NCBI GenBank assembly: GCA_014190235.1
Contig: BJGC01000008.1
Coordinates: 139 to 64,138, forward strand
Length of the DNA: 64,000 nucleotides
Reading direction: 5' to 3'
Source of the DNA: Actinomycetes bacterium
Lineage (GTDB): Bacteria > Actinomycetota > Acidimicrobiia > Acidimicrobiales > Ilumatobacteraceae
The first letter of the stretch is position 1. Each line of letters begins with the position of its first letter. The position numbers and the translations under genes were made by a program. The notes below the pieces were generated by a model. The model saw nothing but the letters and a program-made list of their open reading frames with translations, ran no database searches and was not told the DNA's origin. Shown here in pieces: positions 42,069 to 51,563 of this stretch.

Positions 42069-42836
42069 GTGCTGACTCGCCAACACAGACGTTGGATCAG
42101 AATCATTTACCCACTCGGAATTGCCGTGGCTATGGCGACATCAGCAGTGTGTTCGACGACAGTCCTAGCCCAAGGCGTGCCAGTTGACACCACCACCACA
42201 ACGACTACGACCGCAGTGCCGCAAGTGCCAACAACAGTTGTCAAGCAAAAACCAAAAGTCTTGAAGGGTAAAGATGTCAAGGTTGTCTACAAAGTAACGA
42301 CAACAGATCCAGTTGTATTCATCACGATTGATGACGGAAGCACGGTGACGCCATCATTGGCCAGATACTTAGATCGTAATAAAATTCCAGTGACAACTTT
42401 TGCCGTGTCAGTGATGCTCTGGAAACATCGTGAGTGGTTTCGAGATCGCAAGCGTATGACGTTTGAGAATCACACATGGAATCATGCCCATATGACGTTA
42501 GTTTCGGCAGCCCAGAGAAAACACGAAGTATGTGGTGCGTCGCAAGTGGCAAGAAATGTAGCAAAGGAGAGTCCGATGTATTTTCGGCCACCTGGTGGCT
42601 CATTTAATAGCAAAGTGATTGACACCGTGGCCCAATGTGGAATGAAGTATTTGGTGATGTGGAACGTTGAGGCAGATGGCGGAGTTGTTCGCATGGCCGG
42701 CAGAGGAAAACTGGGACCAGGTGACATTATTTTGATGCACTTTTTACCAAGTCTTGAGAGATCCCTCGTGCATCTTATGGAGCAGATTAAAAGAAACGGA
42801 TTAAAGCCCGCACTGTTACGGGACTATCTCACGTAA
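42069..42836 (+). CDS. secreted polysaccharide deacetylase (NodB homology domain)
   Basis: 255 aa. Signal/anchor segment, poly-Thr linker (TTTTTTTT), then ITIDDGS and HTWNH motifs (NodB motifs 1 and 2). Confidence 0.8.
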   Translation: MLTRQHRRWIRIIYPLGIAVAMATSAVCSTTVLAQGVPVDTTTTTTTTAVPQVPTTVVKQKPKVLKGKDVKVVYKVTTTDPVVFITIDDGSTVTPSLARYLDRNKIPVTTFAVSVMLWKHREWFRDRKRMTFENHTWNHAHMTLVSAAQRKHEVCGASQVARNVAKESPMYFRPPGGSFNSKVIDTVAQCGMKYLVMWNVEADGGVVRMAGRGKLGPGDIILMHFLPSLERSLVHLMEQIKRNGLKPALLRDYLT

Positions 42837-44069
42837 CTACAACTGGTCAACCACACTCTCAAGATTGCGAACGTCACTCACAAGCAGAGCACTGATGGAT
42901 GCAATCAAGACAACCGAACCCGCAATGAGCAGTGCGTCGCGCGCGCCAATCCATTGCGCAAGTGGACCTGCAACAAATAGGCCAATAGGCGCAAACAACA
43001 TTGAACCGAATGCATCATAGGACCCCACTCGAGAAAGAGCTTCTTGGGGTATTTGAGTCTGGAACGTTGTCATCCAAAGCACAAAGAAGAGGTCGAAGGA
43101 TATTCCGGCTGCAACTGCGATCAATGCGATAAGAGGAAGTGGTAGCGGGATGGCAAGCGAAAGCACGAGTAAGCCAACGAACGGCATCCAGATCATGGCG
43201 ACTCGCAATGGGTGCTTGGGTCGAATCTTGAGTGAAATGAGAACGCCAGAAATATTGCCGACTCCAAAAGCGAAGAGAAGAATTCCCATATCTTTGGCGC
43301 CACCAAGTTGTTCTTTCATTTGCACGGGAGCAAGCACACCAATGAATCCTTCGAAGCACATATTGATAAATGCAAATGCAACGACGAGCGTGACGAGCCA
43401 ACGACGTGAGGAGAACTCAGCCCACCCCTCTTTGAGTTGAGCAAACATTGATTCACGAGGCACATCTGATTCAGAAGTTGTGGCCACATTTTTTAGTTGT
43501 AGAACGAGCACTCCCGCGATGAGAAATGACAATGCATCAACGAGAATCGCCCAGCCCGCACCAGAGATGCTCACTATTGCACCACCGATGCTTGCTCCAA
43601 TAGTGAATCCTAAATTGGAACTGAGTCCCTGAATTGAGAGCGCCGACTGTGTGAGCTCGGGCGGAACAATTTCAGGAAGTAATCCTGCAAATGCTGGCCA
43701 CCACAATGCGTTAAGTACACCAATGATGGCTGCAATTACGCATAAAAGTAGCACTGTGGCGTGACCAGATAAGAAGAGGAGTGCTGATGCCCCAACAAAA
43801 ACACTCCCGATAATGTCTGTGGTGCCCACGACTTGGGCGCGGCCGAATCTATCTGCGACCACACCGCCGATGAGTAAGAACACCACGATGGGCACCATCT
43901 GGGCTGTCGTAACAAGGCTGAGAGAAGCCGGAGTTGAGCCAGGCAATCCCAGCACACCAAAGGCCAGAGCGACAGGAGACATGCCGTTGCCGATATTAGA
44001 GATTGCGCGTGCCGTGAGAAGGAAGCGATAGCGCTTGATTTTCCAGAGTGCAGGTAGATCACGGAACAT
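42837..44069 (-). CDS. MFS transporter
   Basis: Trimmed to the ATG at 44069 (MFRDLPALWKIKRYRFLL...). About 12 TM helices. Contains a GGVVADRFGR motif. Confidence 0.8.
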   Translation of the reverse strand: MFRDLPALWKIKRYRFLLTARAISNIGNGMSPVALAFGVLGLPGSTPASLSLVTTAQMVPIVVFLLIGGVVADRFGRAQVVGTTDIIGSVFVGASALLFLSGHATVLLLCVIAAIIGVLNALWWPAFAGLLPEIVPPELTQSALSIQGLSSNLGFTIGASIGGAIVSISGAGWAILVDALSFLIAGVLVLQLKNVATTSESDVPRESMFAQLKEGWAEFSSRRWLVTLVVAFAFINMCFEGFIGVLAPVQMKEQLGGAKDMGILLFAFGVGNISGVLISLKIRPKHPLRVAMIWMPFVGLLVLSLAIPLPLPLIALIAVAAGISFDLFFVLWMTTFQTQIPQEALSRVGSYDAFGSMLFAPIGLFVAGPLAQWIGARDALLIAGSVVLIASISALLVSDVRNLESVVDQL

Positions 44070-44093
44070 ACGTGTCCACAATAGGCTGAACAG

Positions 44094-44543
44094 ATGGACT
44101 TGGTGATCGTACTTTTTATTGCGCTTGCAGTGATTGGTGTGTTTTTGATTGCGGCAGGCACAATTGGCAGAGAAGCCCATCGGCTGGATGCATTTTCTCC
44201 ACGAGTGGTATATGAGTTTGCAGAGGCGATGGAGTTTGTAGCAGAACGTCTGCCAGAGTCAACTCAAGCACGGCTCACCCAAGACGAACTCCATCAATTG
44301 CTGTTGGCACATATGCAATGGTTGCGAGCACGAGGTCTGCAGCCAGATCGCATTATGGAGCTTCGTCAAGAAATCACAGATGTTGTGGTGGTTGATGAAA
44401 CGACTGCTGCAGCATTTTTGCTGGGCGAGGCAGAAAAGATCGGCGTCACTGTGCTCGATGATGTTGATGTGGTACATGTTGTCGATGCGCATCTTGAATA
44501 CTTTGCTGCAATCGGTGCAGTTGGTCCGCAGACATCATTGTAA
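44094..44543 (+). CDS. membrane-anchored hypothetical protein
   Basis: 149 aa. N-terminal TM (LVIVLFIALAVIGVFLIAAG) and an acidic soluble domain. No recognised motif. Confidence 0.5.
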   Translation: MDLVIVLFIALAVIGVFLIAAGTIGREAHRLDAFSPRVVYEFAEAMEFVAERLPESTQARLTQDELHQLLLAHMQWLRARGLQPDRIMELRQEITDVVVVDETTAAAFLLGEAEKIGVTVLDDVDVVHVVDAHLEYFAAIGAVGPQTSL

Positions 44544-44557
44544 AAAAGTTGTGATGA

Positions 44558-45364
44558 CTAGATCATCATGTTGAATTGGCTCACCACGCGGTACGCAAGA
44601 TCAGTATCACCTGTGGCGCTCCACTTGTGTTTGCTGTCATCAGCAGTGACACGACCTGTCGCAAGTTGAAAAAAAGTAGTGCTATCAAGATTGATAGTGG
44701 TGAGTGCGTCAGTTCCGAGGCCATCTGAGACAGCGCCACGGCCGTTGGTGATGGTGCAGTGCAGTGAATGGGGTACAGGTGCAGCGATGTTGAATGCGAC
44801 GGTCGCGCCTTCTGGGGCGCCGGCACGTTTGCCAACGACAATGGGGATCGTGCGAATGAGTCGATTCAAAGCATGTTTGGCACAACCACCGGCTTCGTTT
44901 CCGACGATACCCGTCACTCTGCGCATCTCTTGTTCGTGCAACCAGCAGTCCATAATGCGAATGTGCAAAAAGTCTGCCACCGTACCTGGGCCAGTTGGAG
45001 TCATAGTTTCAACTGCAAAATATGCGTCGTCGGCATTGCGCAATGTGTGAAGTCGAAGCGCGACAAGGTCGTTCCACTCTGCAATCACTTGTGCACCAGA
45101 AGATGACCGACGAGAATCAACATCGTTTTCGTTGTTTGCTCCAATGGGATTTTTGACGTGATCTGCTGACGCAGCAACATGAGTTGTTGGCGGGAGTCGC
45201 TGCATCATTCGTTCACCGCCAATGAGATGCGAGAGTGTGTCTTGCACGGTCCAGCCAGGCAATTCTGATGGCATTTTCCATTGCGCCTCAGTGAGTTGAG
45301 CGCCAAGTGCGCTCGTTGATGTCCATGTATTTTCTAATAGGTCAATAAGGTCGGTGGGGATCAT
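44558..45364 (-). CDS. mycothiol-dependent maleylpyruvate isomerase-like (DinB/MDMPI N-terminal domain, TIGR03083-type) protein
   Basis: 268 aa. N-terminus LLENTWTSTSALGAQLTEAQWKMPSELPGWTVQDTLSHLIGGE is typical of the family. Confidence 0.7.
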   Translation of the reverse strand: MIPTDLIDLLENTWTSTSALGAQLTEAQWKMPSELPGWTVQDTLSHLIGGERMMQRLPPTTHVAASADHVKNPIGANNENDVDSRRSSSGAQVIAEWNDLVALRLHTLRNADDAYFAVETMTPTGPGTVADFLHIRIMDCWLHEQEMRRVTGIVGNEAGGCAKHALNRLIRTIPIVVGKRAGAPEGATVAFNIAAPVPHSLHCTITNGRGAVSDGLGTDALTTINLDSTTFFQLATGRVTADDSKHKWSATGDTDLAYRVVSQFNMMI

Positions 45365-45389
45365 AGAAGTCTCTTTGGTCGAGTTGTTT

Positions 45390-46079
45390 TTATGGGGCAG
45401 GATTCATGATTGATGGCCATTGACGCGCTTCGAGATATGGCTTGAAGATATTGCCGATGACTTGCAGGTCATTGTTTGTCTTTGGAGTTTTGATTTCGAA
45501 TAATCCGGGAAACCGACTGTAGGCAACGGTCATATCCCACAATTCAAGTGCTTTGTCGGCGGGTGGTACCGGCACAACAACTGGGCCAAAGACTGCGCGT
45601 GCGCCCGGGATGATGATGATCGGTACACCAAACCCCGCATGAATATTGACTGCATCATCATGATCGCGACGAACATCGTCATGCGTGGTGGGGTCAGCAA
45701 GTGCATCGTCCCACGCGTTGGTCGGAAGATCGGCTTCTGACAAAAGTTGCATAGCGACAGTTCGGTCGTATGGGCGACGTCCTTCGATATGCAAGGCTTT
45801 TCCGCAGACGTCGTAGTGGCGGTCGCACCAGTCCATGCTCTGTCGACGCAACCAGGCCGACACTCGCATCTGTGACCATCCGTATGCGATCTCGCGTTCC
45901 CACGGATGCTTAGAGTCACCCGTCCTGTTCATTTCTTCAAGACTAAAGAAGCGCCAGTTGATAGAGAATCCAAGTTGTTTGCGCACGTCGCGAATCCAGA
46001 GTGATGTTTGATATGCGTATGGACAAATTGGGTCAAAGAAGAACTCGATGTGTGTTGGCTGCTCTGTCGCTGCGACCAT
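45390..46079 (-). CDS. DsbA-family thioredoxin-fold protein
   Basis: 229 aa. N-terminal FFFDPICPYAY motif of DsbA/HCCA-isomerase-like proteins. Confidence 0.7.
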   Translation of the reverse strand: MVAATEQPTHIEFFFDPICPYAYQTSLWIRDVRKQLGFSINWRFFSLEEMNRTGDSKHPWEREIAYGWSQMRVSAWLRRQSMDWCDRHYDVCGKALHIEGRRPYDRTVAMQLLSEADLPTNAWDDALADPTTHDDVRRDHDDAVNIHAGFGVPIIIIPGARAVFGPVVVPVPPADKALELWDMTVAYSRFPGLFEIKTPKTNNDLQVIGNIFKPYLEARQWPSIMNPAP

Positions 46080-46147
46080 TGTTTGCTCCCTTGTCAGTAA
46101 GAGATACCGTACGCCCAGAACGGTCCCGTCACGCAGTTGGGGCTATC

Positions 46148-46381
46148 GTGGAACACATGGAACGGCCTGGACGATTTGAACATTCCCGATACTTGGGCGA
46201 TAAGCGCACGCAACTGGTGTATGACTTAGATGAATGGTCAGATGTTGGCATCATTGACGACATCGTGGAGGCTGGTGTGGGTTTGAGTTTTGGACCAGAC
46301 ACTTTGGCAGAAGCTCGCAATCGTGGCTATACGCAAGCCACATCTGGCGAGTCACGTCGCCATCGCAAACCTCGCTCGTGA
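46148..46381 (+). CDS. small hypothetical protein (77 aa from GTG 46148, or 74 aa from ATG 46157)
   Basis: This is the only sizeable ORF in a 340-bp gap, and a GGGG sits 6 nt upstream of the GTG. The acidic core (YDLDEWSDVGIIDDIVEAG) is followed by a basic tail (RRHRKPRS). No recognised family, so it could be non-coding. Confidence 0.35.
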   Translation: MEHMERPGRFEHSRYLGDKRTQLVYDLDEWSDVGIIDDIVEAGVGLSFGPDTLAEARNRGYTQATSGESRRHRKPRS

Positions 46382-46419
46382 TCGCCGACAAAAAGTAGAT
46401 GTGCTGAACCTCTAATCCA

Positions 46420-47181
46420 ATGGCAGACATGAACGGAACATTTCAGTCGGGCGACTTGACGCTCACTCGATATTTGGTGCGGCCCCCTGGACGACATGTC
46501 AATCTTCCTGCAGTTATTTTGTGTCATGGATTTCCGATTGGTCCACTCGATGCTCGTCAGTCGGCCACTACTTTCCCCCAACTCATTGATCGCATCGCCA
46601 ACGATCTGGGTTGGGCGGCAATGACGTTTACATTTCGTGGTTGCGGCGAGAGCGAAGGTGATTTTTCGTTGCAGGGATGGATCGACGACTTGCGCGCGGC
46701 GATTGATCACATCGAAGAAGAAGTTGCACCGGTCGGAGTGTGGCTGATCGGAACAAACACTGGGGGCTCGTTGGCATTGTGTGCGGCTGCTGACGATCCA
46801 CGCGTGCGGGGATGCGTCTTGTTGGGTCCACGTGCCGACTTTGATGACTGGGCAGATCAGCCGCGGCGATTTTTAGAACACGCACGAGAGATAGGTGCAA
46901 TTCGTCACCCGTCGTTTCCGCCTGCGTTTGATGAATGGACTCGCGAACTACGACGATTTCGTCCGATTGATGCTGCGAATCGTTTTGCGCCGCGACCATT
47001 ACTCGTCATGCATGGTGCTGACGACGAGAGCGTGCCGATCACGGACTCCCGATCGCTCGTTGAGTCACACGGCACCGCAGAACTTCGTGTGATTACGGGT
47101 GCTGGACATCGATTGCGTCACGATCCACGAGCAATTGCTGTGCTGATGGGGTGGCTCGACCGTCAGCGTGTGACGACTTAG
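46420..47181 (+). CDS. alpha/beta-fold hydrolase
   Basis: 253 aa. CHGFP oxyanion-like region and a late acid/His region (MHGADDESVP...GAGHRL). The nucleophile elbow is atypical (GTNTGGSLA). Confidence 0.7.
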   Translation: MADMNGTFQSGDLTLTRYLVRPPGRHVNLPAVILCHGFPIGPLDARQSATTFPQLIDRIANDLGWAAMTFTFRGCGESEGDFSLQGWIDDLRAAIDHIEEEVAPVGVWLIGTNTGGSLALCAAADDPRVRGCVLLGPRADFDDWADQPRRFLEHAREIGAIRHPSFPPAFDEWTRELRRFRPIDAANRFAPRPLLVMHGADDESVPITDSRSLVESHGTAELRVITGAGHRLRHDPRAIAVLMGWLDRQRVTT

Positions 47182-48164
47182 TGAGTGCTGTGTCCGTTGG
47201 GGTGTGCAACATGCCATGCGTATGCCGATGAAATGATGTCATCGAGTGAACGTGTCGCAACAAACCCTAATTTTTCGGCTGCCAAGAATGTTGCGGCGTA
47301 GCATTCAGACGGATCACCAGCACGTCGCGGTTGAATGACATGCGGAACAGGTTTTCCGGTAATGCGTTCTGTGGCTTGAAGAATTTCTAATACCGAAGTT
47401 CCATGACCAGTGCCAACATTGCAGACCAGAGTTTGTCCACCGTTGGATAAATAGTCAAGTGCTGCTACGTGTGATGCGGCGAGATCTTCTACGTGGATGT
47501 AGTCACGCACACCTGTTCCGTCTGGCGTGGGGTAGTCGTTGCCAAAGACATTGAGGGCAGGTGACGCACCTAATACTGCTTTCATGACGTGCGGCATTAA
47601 ATTTTGAGAAAAGCGCCAGTCTTCTCCGAGCGTTGAGTCACTGCTTGCTCCGGCGGCGTTGAAATATCGCAGGCTGACGCTATGCAAGTTGTGCGTTTGG
47701 CCATACCAATGCAGCAAGTGTTCAATCATGAGTTTTGTTTCGGCGTAGACGCTTTCGCAGCGAACAGCAGATGCCTCACTTACGGGAACAGAATCAGGCG
47801 TGCCATAGATTGCTGCAGTTGATGAAAACACAAAACGCGTCACTCCACATGCAGTAATTGTGTCAATGAGTTTATGTGAACCAGTGACGTTGTTGTCGAA
47901 ATACTTGCCAGGATTTTGCATTGATTCGCCAACAGCTTTGTAGGCGGCAAAGTGAACGACTTCGTCTATGTCATGATCGCGACAGATTTGAGTCACAAGA
48001 TCTGTGTTGGCGACATTGCCCACAATTAGGGGAGTATCACCGACAGCCACAGCATGGCCGTTTTCGAGTGAGTCAAGTACCACGACGGATCGACCTGTTG
48101 ACCGCAAGAGTCGAGTGGTGATGGAGCCGATATATCCAGCACCGCCGGTAACAAGGGTAGTCAT
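47178..48164 (-). CDS. galE: UDP-glucose 4-epimerase
   Basis: 328 aa. TGGAGYIGS Rossmann motif, YAETK (YxxxK), and the extended-SDR epimerase pattern. Confidence 0.9.
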   Translation of the reverse strand: MTTLVTGGAGYIGSITTRLLRSTGRSVVVLDSLENGHAVAVGDTPLIVGNVANTDLVTQICRDHDIDEVVHFAAYKAVGESMQNPGKYFDNNVTGSHKLIDTITACGVTRFVFSSTAAIYGTPDSVPVSEASAVRCESVYAETKLMIEHLLHWYGQTHNLHSVSLRYFNAAGASSDSTLGEDWRFSQNLMPHVMKAVLGASPALNVFGNDYPTPDGTGVRDYIHVEDLAASHVAALDYLSNGGQTLVCNVGTGHGTSVLEILQATERITGKPVPHVIQPRRAGDPSECYAATFLAAEKLGFVATRSLDDIISSAYAWHVAHPNGHSTH

Positions 48165-48176
48165 ACGCCCAAGACG

Positions 48177-48779
48177 CTATCGCAGGGGCTTGTCTTGCTT
48201 GTCTCGACCTGCTGCTTTTTGCGCTTTTTTTGTTGCCCGCACCTTGAGCAGGGTCTCGGGAGACGTGATGTCAGCAACCGTGCGGAACTTGGTGTCGCCA
48301 AACTCCCCAGCAGCAGCTTTCCAGCCAATCAGTTTGATGCCCATGCGTTTAGCGAGGAGCGCAACAAAGATTTGTGATTTCTCTTCTCCGTAGCCCGGAA
48401 GAACGCGAAGGCGAGCCATCAGTTCTTGAGCAGTTGTGATGTCGGCCCACATGTTTTCTGCTTTGCCTTTGTAGTCACGCACAAGTACCTTGCAGACATC
48501 ATGAATACGTTTGGCCATTGAGGCGGGGAAACGGTGAATTGCTGGCTTTTGTAGACACACAGCAAGCAAATCATCAGGGTTCATCTCGGCAATTTTTTTG
48601 ATGTTGAAGTGACCGAGTCGAGTTTTTAATGTGAACGGGCCAGCAAAAGCCCACTCCATAGGAACTTGCTGATCAAGCAACAAGCCAATCAGTAACGCAG
48701 ATGGGTTGGCATTGAGCATGGCATCGGCTTTTACGTTGCCGGTGATGAAAAGAGTTCCAGATGTTGAAGATGATGTCAT
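48177..48779 (-). CDS. HhH-GPD-superfamily base-excision-repair-like protein
   Basis: 200 aa. The pattern LIGLLLDQQVPMEWAFAGP...LPGYGEEKSQIFVALL resembles the actinobacterial HhH-GPD family. Confidence 0.6.
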   Translation of the reverse strand: MTSSSTSGTLFITGNVKADAMLNANPSALLIGLLLDQQVPMEWAFAGPFTLKTRLGHFNIKKIAEMNPDDLLAVCLQKPAIHRFPASMAKRIHDVCKVLVRDYKGKAENMWADITTAQELMARLRVLPGYGEEKSQIFVALLAKRMGIKLIGWKAAAGEFGDTKFRTVADITSPETLLKVRATKKAQKAAGRDKQDKPLR

Positions 48780-48782
48780 ATG

Positions 48783-51473
48783 TCAGTCGAGCACAAGTCC
48801 GTGTGCTGCGTCGGGGTTGATGCCACTAGTGGCGATTGCCTGAGCAACAATATCGGACGTGACGCCATTGGTGCCAACAAGAGCGTTGAGAGTGGCCACC
48901 ACAATGTGGGCGCTATCGATTTCGAAGTAGCGGCGAAGAGTGTCTCGGGTGTCGCTACGGCCAACACCGTCTGTTCCGAGCGAAACAAATGGCCGAGAGA
49001 CATGATTTGCAATTTGCTCTGGCACGATACGCATGAAATCTGAGACGGCAATCACGGGGCTGTCCGATTCACCTAGCAATTGGGCAACAAGTGAGACCTG
49101 TCGTTCTTCTGCGGGGTGCAAGCGATTGAATCGCTCTGTTGACATGGCGTCTTGACGCAGCGCTTTATACGAAGTTGCCGACCAGAGGTCAACGCTGATG
49201 CCATATGTATTAAGCAATACTGATGCCGCTTCGCGGGCAGCCAGATTGGCGGAGCCAGAAAATACAAGTGACGCGTGAACATGAGCGGTGGGGCTCGGTG
49301 CCCATTGATAGAGACCACAAGTAATTTGGGCGGCGGTGACGCCAGTTGGTCGCGCCGGCATTGGTTGGTTCTCGTTATAGAGGGCAATGTAATAAAAAAT
49401 ATCTTCTGGTGTATCGCCATACATTCGCTCTAATCCGCTTTTGATAATCGCGCTCACTTCGTAGGCGAATGCGGGATCATATGCCTGACATGCAGGCACA
49501 GTAGATGCCAATAACAAACTATGACCATCTTGATGTTGCAGACCTTCGCCCTGAAGCGTGGTGCGACCTGCAGTTGCCCCGAGCAAGAAACCTCGCGTGC
49601 GTGCGTCTGCTGCTTGCCAGATGAGATCACCAACGCGCTGAAATCCAAACATTGAATAAAATATGTAGAAAGGAACCATCGGAACACCGCGCGTGGCGTA
49701 TGCAGTGCCAGCGGCAATGAAACTCGACATCGCGCCTGCCTCAGTGATGCCTTCTTCAAGGATCTGTCCTTTTGTTGACTCGGCGTATGACAACAGCAAT
49801 GCATGATCGACTGGTTCGTATTTTTGTCCTTGTGATGCATAGATCTTGAGTTCGCGGAACAGTGAGTCCATGCCGAATGTTCGTGCTTCATCGGGAACAA
49901 TCGGAACAATGCGTTGTCCGATGTTTTCGTCGCGAGCGAGATTGCGTAACAGGCGCGTGAATCCCATTGTTGTACTCACGCTTTGTTCGTGAGAGCCGGC
50001 ATCAAACTCTTCAAAGGCACTGTCGAGCGGAAGCGAGATTGGTCGGCGGATGCGCACAATTCGTCGCGGCAACGAACCACCTAGGGCACGACGGCGTTCC
50101 ATCATGTATTGGTATTCAACTGAATCAGCGGCTGGTCGAAAATATGGTGGGTCCTCGGCTTCTAGTGCGGCATCTGGGATTTCTTCTTCAAGGTGAAGAC
50201 GTGTGCGCATTGCGCGCAACTGCTCGAGGTTCATTTTTTTTATTTGATGTGTTGCGTTGCGCCCTTCAATGTCGGGTCCAAGTGTCCAGCCCTTGATTGT
50301 TTTGCACAAAATAACTGTCGGACGACCTGAACCCAGGTTCTCAACAGCGGTGCGATATGCCGCATACAACTTGCGATAGTCGTGTCCACCGCGTGGCAAC
50401 GAGATGAGTTCATCATCTGTCAGGTGCGACACCATTTGTCGTAATCGTGAGTCAGGACCAAAGAAGTGTTCGCGAATGTAGGAGCCGTCTTCTACTGAAT
50501 AGCGCTGAAACTCGCCGTCCACAGTGGAGTTCATCTGATTCAACAACACTCCGTCCATGTCTTGAGCCAAAAGATCGTCCCACTTAGAACCCCAAATGAC
50601 TTTGATGACGTTCCAGCCTGCTCCACGAAACACAGCCTCGAGTTCTTGGATGATTTTGCCGTTACCGCGCACAGGTCCATCGAGACGTTGCAGATTGCAG
50701 TTCACGACAAAGACAAGATTGTCAAGATGTTCGCGCGCGGCTAAAGATATCGCGCCAAGTGTTTCTGGTTCATCGGTCTCACCATCTCCGATGAAAGCCC
50801 ACACTCGACTCGCCGATGTGTCGTCAATTTCTCGGTTGTGTAGGTATCGATTGAAGCGAGCCTGATAGAGCGCAGTCAATGGTCCGAGTCCCATTGAGAC
50901 TGTGGGGAATTCCCAGAAATCAGACATCAAACGTGGGTGTGGATAGCTGCTGAGTCCGTGTCCGCCCCGACCAATCTCGCGACGGAAATGATCTAGGTCG
51001 TCCTCTGTGAGTCTGCCTTCAAGAAACGCACGGGCATATACGCCTGGGGCGGCATGGCCTTGAAAATACACATGATCACCTGCGTTGCCGTCGTCTTTGC
51101 CGCGGAAGAAATGATTAAAACCGATCTCATACAAACTTGCTGAACTTGCAAATGTTGAAAGGTGTCCACCGATTCCTTCGGCGATGTGATTAGCACGTGA
51201 CACCATGGCGGCTGCGTTCCAGCGGATGTAGGCACGGATTCTTCGCTCAATATGTTCGTCGCCCGGAAACCATGGCTCGCTCTCACGAGGGATGGTGTTG
51301 ACATATGGCGTGCTCACCGTCGCCGGAAAACTCACTTGGGATTGTTGGGCACGTTCGAGCAGTCGTGAAAGCAAATATCGCGCTCGGTTCTTTCCGCTCG
51401 CGTCAACGACCGCATCAAGGGAGTCAAGCCATTCCTGTGTTTCGCCAGGATCAGTGTCGGGGAGTTGATGCAT
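48783..51473 (-). CDS. aceE: pyruvate dehydrogenase E1 component (homodimeric type)
   Basis: About 896 aa from the ATG at 51473 (MHQLPDTDPGETQEWLDSLD...). ThDP motif region GDGETDEPE. The start is uncertain: GTG 51491 and ATG 51551 are alternatives. The 998-aa track ORF is over-extended into rnhA. Confidence 0.88.
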   Translation of the reverse strand: MHQLPDTDPGETQEWLDSLDAVVDASGKNRARYLLSRLLERAQQSQVSFPATVSTPYVNTIPRESEPWFPGDEHIERRIRAYIRWNAAAMVSRANHIAEGIGGHLSTFASSASLYEIGFNHFFRGKDDGNAGDHVYFQGHAAPGVYARAFLEGRLTEDDLDHFRREIGRGGHGLSSYPHPRLMSDFWEFPTVSMGLGPLTALYQARFNRYLHNREIDDTSASRVWAFIGDGETDEPETLGAISLAAREHLDNLVFVVNCNLQRLDGPVRGNGKIIQELEAVFRGAGWNVIKVIWGSKWDDLLAQDMDGVLLNQMNSTVDGEFQRYSVEDGSYIREHFFGPDSRLRQMVSHLTDDELISLPRGGHDYRKLYAAYRTAVENLGSGRPTVILCKTIKGWTLGPDIEGRNATHQIKKMNLEQLRAMRTRLHLEEEIPDAALEAEDPPYFRPAADSVEYQYMMERRRALGGSLPRRIVRIRRPISLPLDSAFEEFDAGSHEQSVSTTMGFTRLLRNLARDENIGQRIVPIVPDEARTFGMDSLFRELKIYASQGQKYEPVDHALLLSYAESTKGQILEEGITEAGAMSSFIAAGTAYATRGVPMVPFYIFYSMFGFQRVGDLIWQAADARTRGFLLGATAGRTTLQGEGLQHQDGHSLLLASTVPACQAYDPAFAYEVSAIIKSGLERMYGDTPEDIFYYIALYNENQPMPARPTGVTAAQITCGLYQWAPSPTAHVHASLVFSGSANLAAREAASVLLNTYGISVDLWSATSYKALRQDAMSTERFNRLHPAEERQVSLVAQLLGESDSPVIAVSDFMRIVPEQIANHVSRPFVSLGTDGVGRSDTRDTLRRYFEIDSAHIVVATLNALVGTNGVTSDIVAQAIATSGINPDAAHGLVLD

Positions 51474-51563
51474 TGAACCGTCAAATATCACCCTCGCATT
51501 GTTACACGATTTACCGTGATGCCAACCGTTACTTGTCAGCAAAGACACCATCGGGGTGCTGCG

